From Haliotis cracherodii (Eukaryota), in NCBI RefSeq assembly GCF_022045235.1, contig NW_027266297.1, positions 43,648,001 to 43,712,000 of the forward strand: a stretch of 64,000 bases of DNA. The letters are read 5' to 3'. Every line of letters begins with the position of its first letter. Position 1 is the stretch's first letter. A program made the translations under genes and the position numbers. This document shows positions 62,562 through 64,000 of this stretch, piece by piece. Under the pieces are notes generated by a model. The model saw only the letters and a list, made by a program, of their open reading frames with translations. It ran no database searches and was not told the origin of the DNA.

Positions 62562-63474
62562 ATGGATCGAAAGAAGAAAGGTAAATCTAAGATAGTTCCA
62601 TCTGAAGAGTCTGACAGTCTGCAAGGCCTCAGTAACCCAGGCTTTGAAATGTCCAGCAAGGGAGGAGCCAATAACCTCAGGTGAAGTAGTGACAGAGGCC
62701 AGTGTTTTGACATGGTTGTTGTGATGTCAGTACAGCATGGGAGTACAGCATGGGAGTGTGTTGCTGTTACAAAGGCTAAACTGACTGGGAAAGAATTCTC
62801 CCAGGCCTGTGGCTAATACTGGGACTATTCATGTTGTCTTGGCATGATAACTCATGATGAGTGACAGTCATCTGTTTTGTTTTTTAGCCACTGTGGCTAC
62901 ACAATCCACATTTTATGTGTCTCCTTATGAGGAAAAAGGAATGGTAGATATTTTCTGATTATTGGATCTGTGTCCTCCACCACCAGTAGCTGTACTGCCA
63001 TCTGTCTCTTTGTATCATATTATTGTTAGGGGGCACAGGTGGCCCTGTCATCTAAAGCGCCACAATTCATTGTGCAGAGTTGCCTCCCTTTGTCGTAACA
63101 GAAACCTGTGATTGTGTGTTTGAATTTCAGATTGGCCTTGATTATGCTTTTAGGTTTATCAGCACCATACCTATGCTCATGGGTTTCAACAAAGTGTCTG
63201 ACATCCTAGACCTGTGTCACTTCAGGCTTTTCTCCCACATGAAGCTGACACATTATGATATAATGGGAGGAGTGTTCAAACTGCATTAACCAAACATACT
63301 CACTCATTCATAACATGGTTAAATGGTTTGTTTGTAGTAACTCAGCCAAATTCCGAGAACTTTCCCGAGAGGTGACGGAGAAATCTAATGCCCTCCACGT
63401 GATCAGCAATGTCAAGCAAGTGGCCTCAAAGTGGAATAACTATATAGCTAGGAAAAGAATCCGCAAGCCAAACA
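62562..63474 (+). CDS. N-terminal coding exons of an unidentified gene, 3'-incomplete
   Basis: 62562-62680 (MDRKKKGKSKIVPSEESDSLQGLSNPGFEMSSKGGANNL, donor gtgaag) joins in frame to 63338-63474 (SNSAKFRELSREV...KWNNYIARKRIRKPN, donor gtaagt). Product not recognised. Confidence 0.6.
63028..63307 (+). mobile_element. SINE family A, diverged
   Basis: Head aggggggcacaggtggcc-type start, body and tail recognisable. Confidence 0.8.
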
Positions 63475-63634
63475 GTAAGTGTCAATTCCCATCCCTTTGT
63501 AGAAAGTAAGAAAGTAGAATGTTATGTCAAATAGATACATTAAACTAACTTTCCTAAATCAGAAAAATAACATACACTTTGAGATCAAATGTGAGGCTAT
63601 TATTTCTGTATTTTTTTCCCTTAAGTTCAAATGT

Positions 63635-63770
63635 GCCTCTGGTCACCCAGCAGGGAATGGGTACCCGATATGTGAGGTAGAAAACCTTCTAGCGCCCCTG
63701 GGCAGCTTGAGTTGTATACTCCCCAGGGAGTTGAGAATGATAACTAGAATGCAAATGGATCCACTGGTCG
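63635..63770 (+). mobile_element. Nin/Deu-domain-like SINE fragment (related fragment at about 26660-26790)
   Basis: cacccagcagggaatgggtacc and ctccccagggagttgagaatg motifs; the second motif recurs at about 26690. Confidence 0.45.
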
Positions 63771-64000
63771 GGGAACAAATAAAACCACATTTGAGCAGAT
63801 ACTACCTGGTAGTAGTTGGTAGTACCTAGTAGTACCTGGATACCTGTGGTATATAAATGTATAATATAAGAAAAAACAACAGCCTTGGTAACAATTCCAG
63901 GAGTGTTTTCAGTGTGAAAAAAAACCTAACATACAAATTTTTTGTGTTGGTGTGGGTAATCCTTTAGATGCATGTTTTCTCACAAATCTGCTTATGATAT

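Overview
AT-rich, intron-rich animal DNA. The repeat content suggests a gastropod mollusc such as abalone; this is an inference from recalled SINE families, not a search. Three spliced genes can be reconstructed by hand from GT-AG boundaries with consistent codon phase. (1) The 3' 20 coding exons (9934-30822, + strand, about 978 aa, 5' end not found) of a CCDC17-family gene. The protein appears to be four tandem C2-like modules, of which vertebrate CCDC17 seems to keep only the first. (2) A complete 6-exon PAP2/PLPP (wunen-like) lipid phosphate phosphatase (54412-45095, - strand, 316 aa) with all three catalytic motifs. (3) The first exons of an unidentified + strand gene (about 60505-63474, running out of the window). 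Introns and intergenic DNA hold a ~5.9 kb 35/38-bp satellite, three minisatellites, at least four SINE/SINE-like families, hAT/MULE/pogo-type MITEs, two copies of a solo-LTR-like element, a mariner transposase remnant and Helentron-like elements. The most unusual observations are: repeated tandem duplication of the CCDC17-like gene's own splice sites, creating out-of-frame decoy sites; the four-module C2-like architecture with 13 consecutive phase-0 introns; a CpG-decayed minimal hammerhead ribozyme inside an inverted repeat; a fold-back hairpin over the mariner catalytic motif; and a 142-bp hairpin capped by GCGAAAGC. Most ORFs in the supplied track are repeat artefacts or exon fragments.
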